64,000 bases of DNA from Heterodontus francisci (Eukaryota): NCBI RefSeq assembly GCF_036365525.1, contig NC_090399.1, forward strand, positions 58,126,430 through 58,190,429, given 5' to 3'. How positions within the stretch are numbered: position 1 is the first letter of the stretch; each line of letters opens with the position of its first letter. This document shows positions 48,401-60,492 of the stretch, piece after piece. Under the pieces are notes generated by a model. It ran no database searches. It was given only the letters and a program-made list of their open reading frames with translations, and was not told the DNA's origin. The translations under genes and the position numbers were made by a program.

Positions 48401-51400
48401 CTCTCTCTCTGTGGGGTTGGTGTTTTGGGGTTCATGCCCTGATGTCTCTCTCTCTCTCTGTGAGGTTGGTGTTTTGGGGTTCATGCCCTGATGTCTCTCT
48501 CTCTCTCTCTCTCTCTCTCTGTGGGGTTGATGTTTTGGGTTTCATGCCCTGATCTCTCTCTCTGTGTGGGGTTGATGTTTTGGGGTTCATGCCCTGATGT
48601 CTTTCTCTCTCTGTGGGGTTGATGTTTTGGGGTTCATGCCCTGATCTCTCTCTCTCTGTGGGGTTGTTGTTTTGGGGTTCATGCCCTGATGTCTCTCTCT
48701 CTCTCTCTCTGTGGGGTTGGTGTTTTGGGGTTCATGCCCTGATCTCTCTCTCTCTCTCTCTCTGTGGGGTTGTTGTTTTGGGGTTCATGCCCTGATGTCT
48801 CTCTCTCTCTCTCTGGGGTTGGTGTTTTGGGGTTCATGCCCTGATGTCTTTCTCTCTCTGTGGGGTTGATGTTTTGGGGTTCATGCCCTGATCTCTCTCT
48901 CTCTCTCTCTCTGTGGGGTTGTTGTTTTGGGGTTCATGCCCTGATCTCTCTCTCTCTCTCTCTCTCTCTCTGTGGGGTTGTTGTTTTGGGGTTCATGCCC
49001 TGATGTCTCTCTCTCTCTCTGTGGGGTTGGTGTTTTGGGGTTCATGCCCTGATGTCTCTCTCTCTCTCTGTGGGGTTGGTGTTTTGGGGTTCATGCCCTG
49101 ATGTCTCTCTCTCTCTCTCTCTCTCTCTCTGTGGGGTTGATGTTTTGGGTTTCATGCCCTGATCTCTCTCTCTGTGTGGGGTTGATGTTTTGGGGTTCAT
49201 GCCCTGATGTCTTTCTCTCTCTGTGGGGTTGATGTTTTGGGGTTCATGCCCTGATCTCTCTCTCTCTGTGGGGTTGTTGTTTTGGGGTTCATGCCCTGAT
49301 GTCTCTCTCTCTCTCTCTCTGTGGGGTTGGTGTTTTGGGGTTCATGCCCTGATGTCTCTCTCTCTCTCTCTCTCTCTGTGGGGTTGGTGTTTTGGGGTTC
49401 ATGCCCTGATGTCTCTCTCTCTCTCTCTGGGGTTGGTGTTTTGGGGTTCATGCCCTGATGTCTCTCTCTCTCTCTGTGGGGTTGATGTTTTGGGGTTCAT
49501 GCCCTGATGTCTCTCTCTCTCTCTCTCTGTGGGGTTGATGTTTTGGGGTTCATGCCCTGATGTCTCTCTCTCTGTGGGGTTGTTGATTTGGGGTTCATGC
49601 CCTGATGTCTTTCTCTCTCTGTGGGGTTGATGTTTTGGGGTTCATGCCCTGATGTCTCTCTCTCTGTGGGGTTGTTGATTTGGGGTTCATGCCCTGATGT
49701 CTCTCTCTCTCTCTGTGAGGTTGATGTTTTGGGGTTCCAGCCCTGATGTCTCTCTCTCTGTGGGGTTGTTGATTTGGGGTTCATGCCCTGATTTCTTTCT
49801 TTCTCTGTGGGGTTGATGTTTTGGGGTTCATGCCCTGATGTCTCTCTTTCTCTGTGGGGTTGGTGATTTGGGGTTCATGCCCTGATGTCTCTCTTTCTCT
49901 GTGGGGTTGGTATTTTGGGGTTCATGCCCTGATGTCTTTCTCTCTCTCTCTTTGTGGGGTTGGTGTTTTGGGGTTCATGCCCTGATGTCTCTCTCTCTCT
50001 GTGGGGTTGATGTTTTGGGGTTCGTGCCCTGATGTCTCTCTCTCTCTGTGGGGTTGATGTTTTGGGGTTCATGCCCTGATGTCTCTCTCTCTGTGGGGTT
50101 GTTGATTTGGGGTTCATGCCCTGATTTCTTTCTCTCTCTGTGGGGTTGATGTTTTAGGGTTCATGCCCTGATGTCTCTCTCTCTCTGTGGGGTTGATGTT
50201 TTGGGGTTCATGCCCTGATTTCTTTCTCTCTCTGTGGGGTTGTTGATTTGGGGTTCATGCCCTGATGTCTCTCTCTCTCTCTGTGGGGTTGATGTTTTGG
50301 GGTTCATGCCCTGATGTCTCTCTCTCTCTCTCTGTGGGGTTGATGTTTTGGGGTTCATGCCCTGATGTCTATCTCTCTCTCTGGGGTTGGTGTTTTAGGG
50401 TTCATGCCCTGATGTCTCTCTCTCTCTCTGTGGGGTTGTTGTTTTGGGGTTCATGCCCTGATGTCTCTCTTTCTCTCTCTGGGGTTGGTGTTTTAGGGTT
50501 CATGCCCTGATGTCTCTCTCTCTCTCTCTGTGGGGTTGTTGTTTTGGGGTTCATGCCCTGATGTCTCTCTCTCTCTCTCTGGGGTTGGTGCTTTGGGGTT
50601 CATGCCCTGATGTCTCTCTCTCTCTCTCTGCGGGGTTGGTGTTTTGGGGTTCATGCCCTGATGTCTCTCTCTCTCTCTGTGGGGTTGATGTTTTGGGGTT
50701 CATGCCCTGATGTCTCTCTCTCTGGGGTTGGTGTTTTGGGGTTCATGCCCTGATGTCTCTCTCTCTCTCTCTCTGCGGGGTTGATGTTTTGGGGTTCATG
50801 CCCTGATGTCTCTCTCTCTGTGGGGTTGGTGTTTTGGGGTTCATGCCCTGATGTCTCTCTCTCTGTGGGGTTGGTGTTTTGGGGTTCATGCCCTGATGTC
50901 TCTCTTTCTCTGTGGGGTTGGTATTTTGGGGTTCATGCCCTGATGTCTCTTTCTCTCTCTGTGCGGTTGGTGTTTTGGGGTTCATGCCCTGATGTCTCTC
51001 TCTCTGTGGGGTTGATGTTTTGGGGTTCATGCCCTGATGTCTCTCTTTCTCTGTGGGGTTGGTGATTTGGGGTTCACGCCCTGATGTCTCTCTCTCTGTG
51101 GGGTTGATGTTTTGGGGTTCATGCCCTGATGTCTCTCTTTCTCTGTGGGGTTGGTATTTTGGGGTTCATGCCCTGATGTCTTTCTCTCTCTCTCTTTGTG
51201 GGGTTGGTGTTTTGGGGTTCATGCCCTGATGTCTCTCTCTCTCTGTGGGTTTGGTGATTTGGGGTTCATGCCCTGATGTCTTTCTCTCTCTGTGGGGTTA
51301 ATGTTTTGGGGTTCATGCCCTGATCTCTCTCTCTCTCTCTGTGGGGTTGTTGTTTTGGGGTTCATGCCCTGATGTCTTTCTCTCTCTGTGGGGTTAATGT

Positions 51401-52378
51401 TTTGGGGTTCATGCCCTGATGTCTTTCTCTCTCTGTGGGGTTGATGTTTTGGGGTTCATGCCCTGATCTCTCTCTCTCTCTGGGGTTGGTGTTTTGGGGT
51501 TCATGCCCTGATGTCTTTCTCTCTCTGTGGGGTTGATGTTTTGGGGTTCATGCCCATATCTCTCTCTCTCTGTGGGGTTGTTGTTTTGGGGTTCATGCCC
51601 TGATCTCTCTCTCTCTCTCTGTGGGGTTGTTGTTTTGGGGTTCATGCCCTGATGTCTCTCTCTCTCTCTGTGGGGTTGGTGTCTTGGGGTTCATGCCCTG
51701 ATGTCTCTCTCTCTCTGTGTGGGGTTGATGTTTTGGGGTTCATGCCCTGATGTCTCTCTCTCTCTCTCTCTCTGTGGGGTTGATGTTTTGGGGTTCATGC
51801 CCTGATGTCTTTCTCTCTCTGTGGGGTTGATGTTTTGGGGTTCATGCCCTGATCTCTCTCTCTCTGTGGGGTTGTTGTTTTGGGGTTCATGCTCTGATGT
51901 CTCACTCGCTCTGTGGGGTTGGTGATTTGGGGTTGATGCCCTGATGTCTCTCTCTCTCTCTCTCGCTCTGTGGGGTTGGTGTTTTGGGGTTCATGCCCTG
52001 ATGTCTCTCTCTCTCTCTCTGTGGGGTTGGTGTTTTGGGGTTCATGCTCTGATGTCTCACTCGCTCTGTGGGGTTGGTGATTTGGGGTTGATGCCCTGAT
52101 GTCTCTCTCTCTCTCTCTCGCTCTGTGGGGTTGGTGTTTTGGGGTTGATGCCCTGATGTCTCTCTCTCTCTCTCTCTCTCTCTGTTGGGTTTGTGTTTTG
52201 GGGTTCATGCTCTGATGTCTCACTCGCTCTGTGGGGTTGGTGATTTGGGGTTGATGCCCTGATGTCTCTCTCTCTCTCTCTCTCTCTGTGGTGTTGATGT
52301 TTTAGTGTTCATGCCCTGATGTCTCTCTCTCTTTCTCTCTGTTGGGTTGGTGTTTTGGGGTTCATGCCTGATGTCTTT
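42420..52378. repeat. Roughly 45-60 bp compound minisatellite with embedded variable (CT)n, about 200 copies (intron 1)
   Basis: Unit gtggggttg(a/g/t)tgttttggggttcatgccctgatgt(ct)n, running directly into the alpha1 acceptor. Confidence 0.97.
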
Positions 52379-52389
52379 CTGTGTTTCAG

Positions 52390-52650
52390 GATCTCACTCT
52401 CTCCGGTATTTCTACACGGCAATGACCCCGATTTCTGGTCTGCCAGAGTTTGTGGCCGTCGGTTATGTGGACGATGCTACGATTGATTACTACGACAGCA
52501 ATCTTCAGGAAGTAATCTCTCGGCAGCAGTGGATGGCGGAGAGTCAGGGCCCTGAGTACTGGGAACAGCAGACACAGATCCTGCGGAGCTCAGAGCACAT
52601 TGGACAGACCAATATTCAGACCGCCTTAAACCGGACCAACCAGACGGGTG
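52390..52650 (+). CDS. UAA: MHC class I heavy chain (UAA-like), exon 2, alpha1 domain
   Basis: Acceptor tttcag|GA and donor G|GTGAGA, 261 bp, phase 1/1. Encodes GSHSLRYFYTAMTP...EFVAVGYVDD...EYWEQQTQ...NRTNQTG, with Y7, Y59, R84 and the N86 glycan site. Confidence 0.96.
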
Positions 52651-53349
52651 GTGAGACCTTGCCCTCCCACAATGCTCTCTATTCCCGCACCACTGTTTCT
52701 CTCTACATTTTCCTCATGTCTATTTACCGTCTCATATTCCTAAATTCAAGCCTCACTGTGTCTCTCTATTCCCCACCGTTGTGTCTATTTCCCCCTCCCA
52801 TATTTGTCTATTCCACCACCCTGTCTCTCTATTCCTCTCTCCGTGTCTCTCTATTCCCCCATCTCTCTCTATTCCCCTCCAAGTCTCTCTTTTCCACCAA
52901 GGTGTCTCCCTATTGGACCCCCATCTCTCAATTGCCTCCTCCCCCACATCTCTCTCTACACCACTCTGTGCCTCTCTACTCCACCCCAGTGTCTCTCTAT
53001 TCCCAACCCCCAACCCCTCCACCACCCCCCCCCCCCGCCCCCCCAAACCCCATCATGTCTCTCTATTCCCTCCAAGTCTCTCTGTTCCACTATGGTGTCT
53101 TTCTATTAGACCCCAGTCTCTCAACTGCCTCCCCCACAATGTTTCTCTATACACCCATCCGTCTCTCTCTCTCTCTATGCCCCCCGTGTCTCTGTATTTC
53201 ACCCCTTTGCTGCTCTATTTTCACCCCAGTAACTCTCTATATCCCCTCCCATGTCTCTCTATTCCTCCATCTGTCTTTATTCTACCCCCATGTCTCTCTA
53301 TTCCTCCCTCCCATATCTCTCTATTCCCCCCACATATCTATTTGACACT

Positions 53350-54246
53350 CCATGCCTTCATAGTGAGAGGATTCGAGTACAGAAGCAGGGATGTCTTGTT
53401 GCAATTATACAGGGCCTTGGTGAGGCCACACCTGAAATATTGTGAGCAGTTTTGGTCTCCTTATCTGAGGAAGGATGTTCTTGCTATAGAGGGAGTGCAG
53501 CGAAGGTTTAACAGACTGATTCCTGGGATGGCAGGACTGAGGTATGAGGAAAGATTAATTCGCTAAGGATTATATTCGCTGGAGTTCAGAAGAGTGAGGG
53601 AGAATCTCATAGAAACCTATAAAATTCTAATAGGACTTGAACCTTTCAGGACTGAGATGTGGAGAACTTTCTTCACCCAGAGAATGGTGAGCCTGTGGAA
53701 TTCACTACCACAGAAAGCAGTTGAGGCCAAAACATAGTATGTTTTCAAGAAGGAGTTAGATATAGCTCTTGGGTCTAAAGGGATCAAAGGGTATGGGGCG
53801 AAAGCGGGACCAGGTTACTGAGTTGGATTTAGATTTAGATTTAGATATACAGCACTGAAACAGGCCCTTCGGCCCACCAAGTCTGTGCCGACCATTAACC
53901 ACCCATTTATACTAATCCTATACATATTTCTACTACATCCCCCACCTGTCTCTATATTTCCCTACCACCTACCTATACTAGGGGCAATTTATAATGGCCA
54001 ATTTACCTATCAACCTGCAAGTCTATTGGCTGTGGGAGGAAACCGGAGCACCCGGAGAAAACCCACGCAGACACAGGGAGAACTTGCAAACTTCACACAG
54101 GCAGTACCCAGAATTGAACCCAGGTCGCTGGAGCTGTGAGGCTGCGGTGCTAACCACTGCGATCAGCTATGATCATAATGAATGGTGGAGAAGGCTCGAA
54201 GGGCCGAATGTCCTACTCCTGCTCCAATTTTCTATGTTTCTATGTA
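53350..54246 (+). mobile_element. CR1 LINE 3' end (intron 2), interrupted by a SINE
   Basis: RGFEYRSRDVLLQLYRALVRPHLKYCEQFWSPY. The 3' UTR gagttggat...gatcagctatgatc...ctatgtttctatg is split by the SINE. Confidence 0.9.
53829..54160 (-). mobile_element. HE1-like V-SINE nested in the CR1 3' UTR
   Basis: Reverse complement of 1195-1540, with a (TCTAAA)n tail and slight 5' truncation. Confidence 0.92.
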
Positions 54247-54614
54247 TGTTTCTATTCCCCCAACTCCCCTGGTTTTTCTCAACTCCCGTGTCACTATCCC
54301 ACCACGCACGCCACCCCCCCCCCCCCCCCCCACCGTCTCTCTCTGAACCCTCCCCATGTCTCTCTTTTCCCCTCCTGTGTCTCTCTTTTCCCCTCCTGTG
54401 TCTCTCTATCTATTCCCCTCCTGTGTCTCTCTATCTATTCCCCTCCTGTGTCTCTCGATCTATTCCGCTCCTGTGTCTCACTATTCCCCTCCATATCTAT
54501 TTCCCGTCCCATTTCTAACTGTTCCCCCACCCTCCCTAGTTTTTCTCTTCTTCCCACACCCTGTTTTTCTCTCTCTCTCTCTCTCTTCACTCCTCATGTC
54601 TTTCTGTTCCCCTG

Positions 54615-55422
54615 GGGAGAATTTTACAGACCCCCTGACATCAGGGGTCGTGATGTGGGGAGTCCGGAAAATGCCTGAGGGACAGGCTCACCACAGACCA
54701 TGATGCCGGGAAGGCCCGGCCCGATATTGCCGGCGGTGACGAGGCCTCATGGCGGCACTCCCACCGCTTGGCGTCGGGAGCCCAATTTAAATACATAAAT
54801 TAATTTAAATAAACAAAGAAATTCCCTTTACACTCCCGCCGTCTGTCCTGGTGTGATATTTGTGTCAGTGGCCGGCAATCCCACACCTTCGGATCCCCGT
54901 CCAGGGATTAAAGGCGGAACACTGGTGGAGAGGGCGGAGCAGGTGTGTTTCTCTGTGTGGAGAGGAGGGAGTTGGGTCACAGTTATCTCATTGGTGCAGG
55001 GGATGGGGGGGAAGGGGTGAAGTGTAAAGTTGATGCACATTGTGGGGGGAAGGTCAGGTGCGCAAGGTAACTGTTTTGTAGGGGGAGAGGGCTGGTAATT
55101 TAATCGATGGTTATTGGGGGGGGTTGGTGGGAGAGGGGCAAGATCAATTTATTTAATTTTTAAAAATCAATCGCTCTTTAAATATTTAAATTGAAATCTA
55201 GGGTTGGAAGCCCTTTAAAAATGGCCTCAGCGCCTGCACAAAGGTAGCTGACGCTGTTGCCGGGGACGGACAGCCGCCCTCTCCATGTCATCGTGGTGGG
55301 CGGTCCGAATCGGCTATTTAAAAGAGCCGCCGCACTTAATATCGCGGGGGCTGTGCAATGTGCAGCCCGCCCTGCTTTCGCCCACCGCCGATTATGGTGA
55401 CGGGACTATAAATTTCAGCCCC
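54615..55422. mobile_element. Non-autonomous DNA transposon (MITE, PIF/Harbinger-like)
   Basis: Imperfect TIRs GGGAGAATTTT ... AAATTTCAGCCCC, flanked by a 3-bp CTG duplication (54612-54614 and 55423-55425), with a GC-rich non-coding interior. Confidence 0.55.
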
Positions 55423-55484
55423 CTGTGTCTCTCTACTCCCCCAACTCGTCTCTCTCTGTTCCCCTACCCCTGCTGTGTCTCAAA

Positions 55485-56040
55485 AGAACGTAAGAAATAG
55501 GAGCAGGAATAGACTATTGAGCCTTTTCCAACATTTAAAAGATCATGGCTGATCTTCTATCTCAATTCCACCTTCCTGCACCGTCCTCCCCTCCCTTCAT
55601 TCCCTTTGCACCCAAAAATCTATCAACCTTTGTCTTGAATCTACTCAATGAGTGAGCATCCACAGTTCTTTAGGGTGGAGAATTCCAAAGATTCACAACC
55701 TTCTGCATGAAGACATTTTTTTTTCAACTCATTCTACAATGACCAACTCCTTATTCTGAGACTGTGACCCCGTATTCTAGATTCCCCGAACAGGGGAATC
55801 AACCTCTCAGTGTCTACTCTGTCAAGCCCCTTCAGAATCTTGTATATTCCAATTAGATCACTTCCCATTCTTCTAAATTCCAGGGAATATAGGTCTACCA
55901 TACTCAATTTCTTCTTATAGGCCAATTAACTGGAATCAGTCTAGAGAACCTTTGTTATACTCCATCTCGGGCAAGTACGTTCTTTCCTTAAACTGCACAC
56001 AATATTCCAGGTGTGACCTCAACAATACCCTGTGTAATTG
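55485..56040 (-). mobile_element. CR1 LINE 3' end
   Basis: LYSLEFRRMGSDLIGIYKILKGLDRVD...ESRIRGHSLRI plus a CR1 3' UTR. Confidence 0.88.
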
Positions 56041-56054
56041 TAGTTATCATATCG

Positions 56055-57628
56055 AAGGTAGAAAAAGTAACCTCACTATTTAAGAAAGGAGGGAGAGAGA
56101 AAATAGGTAACTACAGACATGTTAGCCCGACATTAGTAGGGGAAATGCTAGAATCTATTATAAAGGATGTGATAACTGGTCACTTAGAAAATAATGGTAG
56201 GATTGGGCAGAGTCACCATGGATTTATGAAAGGAAAATTATGTTTGACAAACCTGTTGGAATATTTTGAGGATATAATTAGCAGGATAGATGAGGCGGAA
56301 CCGGAGGATGTGGTGTATTTGGATTGTCAGAAGGCATTCGATAAGGTCCCACACAAGAGTAAGTAAGCAAAATTAGAGCACATGGGATTGGGGGTAATAT
56401 ACTGGCATGGACTGAGAATTGGTTAATGACCAGAAAACATGGAGTAGGAATAAATGGGCCATTTTCAGGTTGGCAGGCTGTGACTAGTGGGGTATGGCAG
56501 GAATCAGTGCTTGGATCCCAGCTATTCACAATCTATATCAATGATTTGGATATAGGGACCAAATGTAATATTTCCAATTATGCTGATGACACAAAACTAG
56601 GAGGCAATGTGAGTTGTGAGGAGCATACAAAGAGGCTTCAAGGGGATTTAGATAGGCTAAGTGAATGGACAAGAACATGACAGGTGGAATATAATGTGGA
56701 TCCACTTTGGTAGGAAAAACAGAAATGCAGAGTATTTCTTAAATGGTGAGAGAATGGGAAGTGTTGATGCCCAAAGGGACCTGGGTCTCCTTGTTCATCA
56801 GTCACTAAAAAGTAACATGCAGGTGTTTAAAAAAAAACGCCACAGTATACAAGGCGATGGGCCAAGTGCTGGAAAATGGGATTAGAATAGTTAGGTGCTT
56901 GATGGCCAGTACGAACACGATGGGCCAAAGGGCCTATTTCTGTGCTGTATAACTCTATGACTGTAGGTGCAGCAAGCAATTAGGAAGGCAAATGGTATGT
57001 TGGCCTATATTGCAAGAGGATTTGAGTACAGGAGTAAAGATGTCTTGCTGCAATTTTATAGAGCCTTGGTGAGACCGTACCTGGAGTGTCGAGTATAGTT
57101 TTGGTCTCCTTGCCTCTGGAAGGATATACTTGCCATCGAGGGAGTGCAACAAAGGTTCACTAAACTGATTCCTGGGATGGTGGGATTGTCCTATGAGGAG
57201 AGATTGAGGAGACTGGGCCTCGATGCACTAGAGTTTGGAAGAATGATCTCTGAAGCATACAAAATTCTTCGAAGTCTCGACAAGGTTGATGCAGGATGGA
57301 GGTTTCCCCTGGCTGGGGAGTCTCGAACCAGCGGCCACAGTCTCAGATTAAGGATTAGGCCATTTAGGACTGAGATGAGGATGAATTTCTTCACTCAGAG
57401 GGTAGTAAATCTTAGGAATTCTCTAACCCAGCGGGCTGTGGAGGCTCAGTCATTGAGTGTGTTCAAGAGAGAGATTGATAGTTCTCTAGATATTGAAGAT
57501 ATCAATGAGTATGGGGATAGTGCAGGAGGATGCCCTTAGGGTAGAAAATCAGCCATGATCTAGTTAAATGGTGGAGTAGGCTCAAGGGGCTGAATGGCCT
57601 ACTCTTGCTCCAATTTCCTATGTTCTCT
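56055..57628 (+). mobile_element. CR1 LINE RT-to-3' end, decayed, with a nested short CR1 tail at about 56825-56962
   Basis: LFKKGGREKIGNYRHVS, DCQKAFDKVPH, YADDTKLGG, FFTQRVVNLRNSL, and a 3' UTR ending cctatgtt. Confidence 0.9.
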
Positions 57629-57644
57629 AATCTGATTGATTTAA

Positions 57645-59055
57645 TTTAATTAAATCAGCTTATACACCAAGAGGATGCTGAACGACTTGACCTCTAAAGC
57701 TTTGATAAAGTGAATAGTTTGAGCAATGCTGAGAAAGAGAAAGTAAAGCTCAGCCACGTCATTAGCAACCTCCTCATCCCTGAAGCATTTCCATCGTATT
57801 TTGGGGCATTCTTGCTCACCTAAACTCTGAAATGATCTTGTTCGAGTTTTCCAGCATTTCCACAATCTGTCAATAGCCAGCAGTAGAAAAAGCCACCTGA
57901 TCACAACGTGCTTCAACAGATTGCGCTCCTCCACGCCAACAAAGTCACAAAACTCCCTTAAATGCTCTGTTCTGATTGCAGAAGTGTGGAAGTGACCGTA
58001 TACCTTGAGAATGATGGTTTTTTGTATCAACAGCGAGGTTTCAGATGATGTACCTTGTTGTATTATGCAAAATATGAGCCAAACAGTTGGCTGCAACTAT
58101 GTCCGTTTGAGAGCCTTTTACTTCTTGGTAAATACTGTTGTGCTTTTCAGAATTAACACTTGTGTTGTCAGCCGAATACACGGAAAGTCTTCATGGGATG
58201 AGATCAAAGGCACTGAGTTTGGATCATTTTTCTGTTGCGATTGCTTCCCAGGTTTCCTGGCTATCAGTATAAAAATCCAACAGTAAATGCGGGATCCCCT
58301 TCTCGAAATTAAAATATCCCAAACCGAAGGGGAAACATTTTGTTTCACCCTTGTTTGACGCATCAATTGCCAAAGAAAATAAAAAGATCATCTGCTTTAA
58401 TGCAATCCAAGTACTTCTGCATGAAGCTTCTCGCTCAGTGTTTTTGCCTTTGTTTCCCCACATGTCAGGTCTCTTGGTATGAAGGAGATTTCTTTGTCAC
58501 CTTGTACTGCAGTCGATATTTCTATAAGACTGGTGATTCTTCACCGAGTGGCAGACATTTGTAGTTCAGCAGCAGTTACTTTATTGTTTTGAGGTGATGC
58601 AGATGATTTGAAAAAAAGACCTCAATGATGATGTACTTGCAAATTGGGTGCTCACTTTGTGTTTTTCCAACAAAATGTGTTGATCCACATCTCCCTTTCC
58701 TTGGTGGCTGACATTGGTATCACCTTGGTACAAAATGCAGAGTGTTTGATCCTCTCCCTTCCTGATTTTTTTTTTTGCTATGAAATCACTTTCTTTTGAC
58801 CATACTGCGTTGAACAATGTCTTTTGCTTGAGCATTTTGATGAAGAAGACAATGGCTCCACTTTCATCACAGTACAAGCAACAGATATAGCGTTCGGGCG
58901 TCTAAAAGACAGGCACATGGTTAGGTCCAATAGGATCTTTGCGGGTACTCACAGGACCAATAGAATTCTGATTTTAAATGACACTGATATTAGCCAATGA
59001 AGACGAGAGGCTGGACATTTCCAAAGTAATGGATGCAGACCAAATGGCCACCCTA
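57645..59055 (-). mobile_element. hAT (Blackjack-like) DNA transposon remnant, 3'-truncated
   Basis: Terminal TAGGGTGGCCA (- strand, 59045-59055); decayed BED-like VSHQGKGDVDQH...KHK, FSLAIDASN (first catalytic D) and LKHVVIRWLFL (TRW-like). Confidence 0.75.
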
Positions 59056-59680
59056 CCACATTGTATTTCATCTGACATGTTCTTGCCTACTCACTCAACC
59101 TGCCCTATCCCTCTGTGGAACTTTTTGTGTCTTGGGCCTAAATAGCTGAGACCCAAGTACTGATCCCTGTGGTACCCAACTCATTACAGCCTGCCATCCC
59201 GGAGATGACCCGTTTATTCCTACTCTCTGTTTTCTGTCCTTTAACTAATCCTCAAAGCCTTGAGTCCTAATTTAGTGGAAAAAAGCTCTTGGATGGCACC
59301 TCATTGAATGCTTTTTGAAAATTCAAATACACTACATCCATTGGTACCCCTTATTCATCTTATCAGTTACTTCTTCAAAAATCTCAAACATATTTTCCAA
59401 ACACAATTTTTGTTTCAGACGTTCCAACCGTAATGGTCTCTCCACTATATAGTAAACAGAAGCCGGGAATTGGGTGGAGTGATGCACTTTGTTGTGGGGC
59501 TGAAAGACAGGACCAGCTCTTTACCAACTCCCAATCATTCCCGGCTTTCCCCCACCTCCCCTTCACTCTGCTCCTGGATCTGTTTGGCTGTGTGTGTTTC
59601 ACTGACAGTTGTGGAAGGCAGTCAGAACTGTTGGCTCTCTGTTATTTGGCTCTGATTGGCTGTGTGTGTTTGATTGACAG

Positions 59681-59953
59681 GGATCCACACAGTACAGGTG
59701 ATGTATGGCTGTGAGCTGCGGGATGACGGGAGTACCAACGGGTTCCACCAGGAAGGCTGGGACGGGCGGGATTACATCAGCTTTGATAAGGATAACATGG
59801 TGTGGGTAACACCGGTAAGCTGGGGACTGATTACCAAGAACAAGTGGGACCAGGACAAGGCCAGGAATCAGCAGAGGAAGGGTTACCTGGAGGGGACCTG
59901 CATCGAATGGCTGAAGAAGTACCTGAAACTTGGAGAAAAGGAACTGAGACACG
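59681..59953 (+). CDS. UAA: MHC class I heavy chain (UAA-like), exon 3, alpha2 domain
   Basis: Acceptor gacag|GG and donor G|GTGAGT, 273 bp. Encodes GIHTVQVMYGCEL...GWDGRDYISFD...ITKNKWD...GYLEGTCIEWLKKYL, with the C101/C164 pair, T143, K146, W147, Y159 and Y171. Confidence 0.96.
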
Positions 59954-59984
59954 GTGAGTGAGTGGATGGGGGTGGGGGGAGGGG

Positions 59985-60362
59985 GGAGAGTCAGTGAATG
60001 AGGTGGGACTGAGAGTCAGTGAGTGAGGGGGGTCTGAGAGTTAGTTAGTGGGGGGGGGGACTGAGAGTCAGCGAGTGAGGGGGGACTGAGAGTCAGCGAG
60101 TGAGGGGGGACTGAGAGTCAGCGAGTAAGGTGGGACTGAGACTCAGCGAGTGAGGGGGGGACTGAGACTCAGCGAGTGAGGGGGGACTGAGAGTTGGTGA
60201 GTGAGGGGGGACTGAGAGTCGGTGAGCGAGGGAGGAGGGACTGAGAGTCGGTGAGTGAGGGGGAAGGGACTGAGTGTTGGTGAGTAAAGGGGGGACTGAG
60301 AGTCGGTGAGTCAGAAGAGGTGACTGAGAGTCGGTGAGTCAGAAGAGGTGACTGAGAGTCAG
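59985..60362. repeat. Roughly 27-30 bp G-rich minisatellite in intron 3
   Basis: Unit gggggactgagagtcagcgagtgag. Confidence 0.85.
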
Positions 60363-60492
60363 GGTGTCTAAACCCCAGTTTAAAGGGGTATGTACCTTTC
60401 CCTGGGGTCAGGGGTCTAATCCCCAATTTAAAGGGATATTTGCCATTCCCTGTCTCTCACACTGACCTGCCTCTGATCTGTTTTACTCTCAG

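Noticed and set aside
40013-52223. Hydrophobic or charged repetitive ORFs in intron 1
   Set aside because: They are satellite translations inside the MHC intron.
22930-52378. CRISPR-like arrays
   Set aside because: There are no unique spacers or cas genes, the repeats are head-to-tail, and the context is vertebrate.
52651-53345. Extension of ORF 52347-53345 beyond alpha1 as a Pro/Ser-rich tail
   Set aside because: It is read-through past a canonical donor into low-complexity CT-rich intron sequence.
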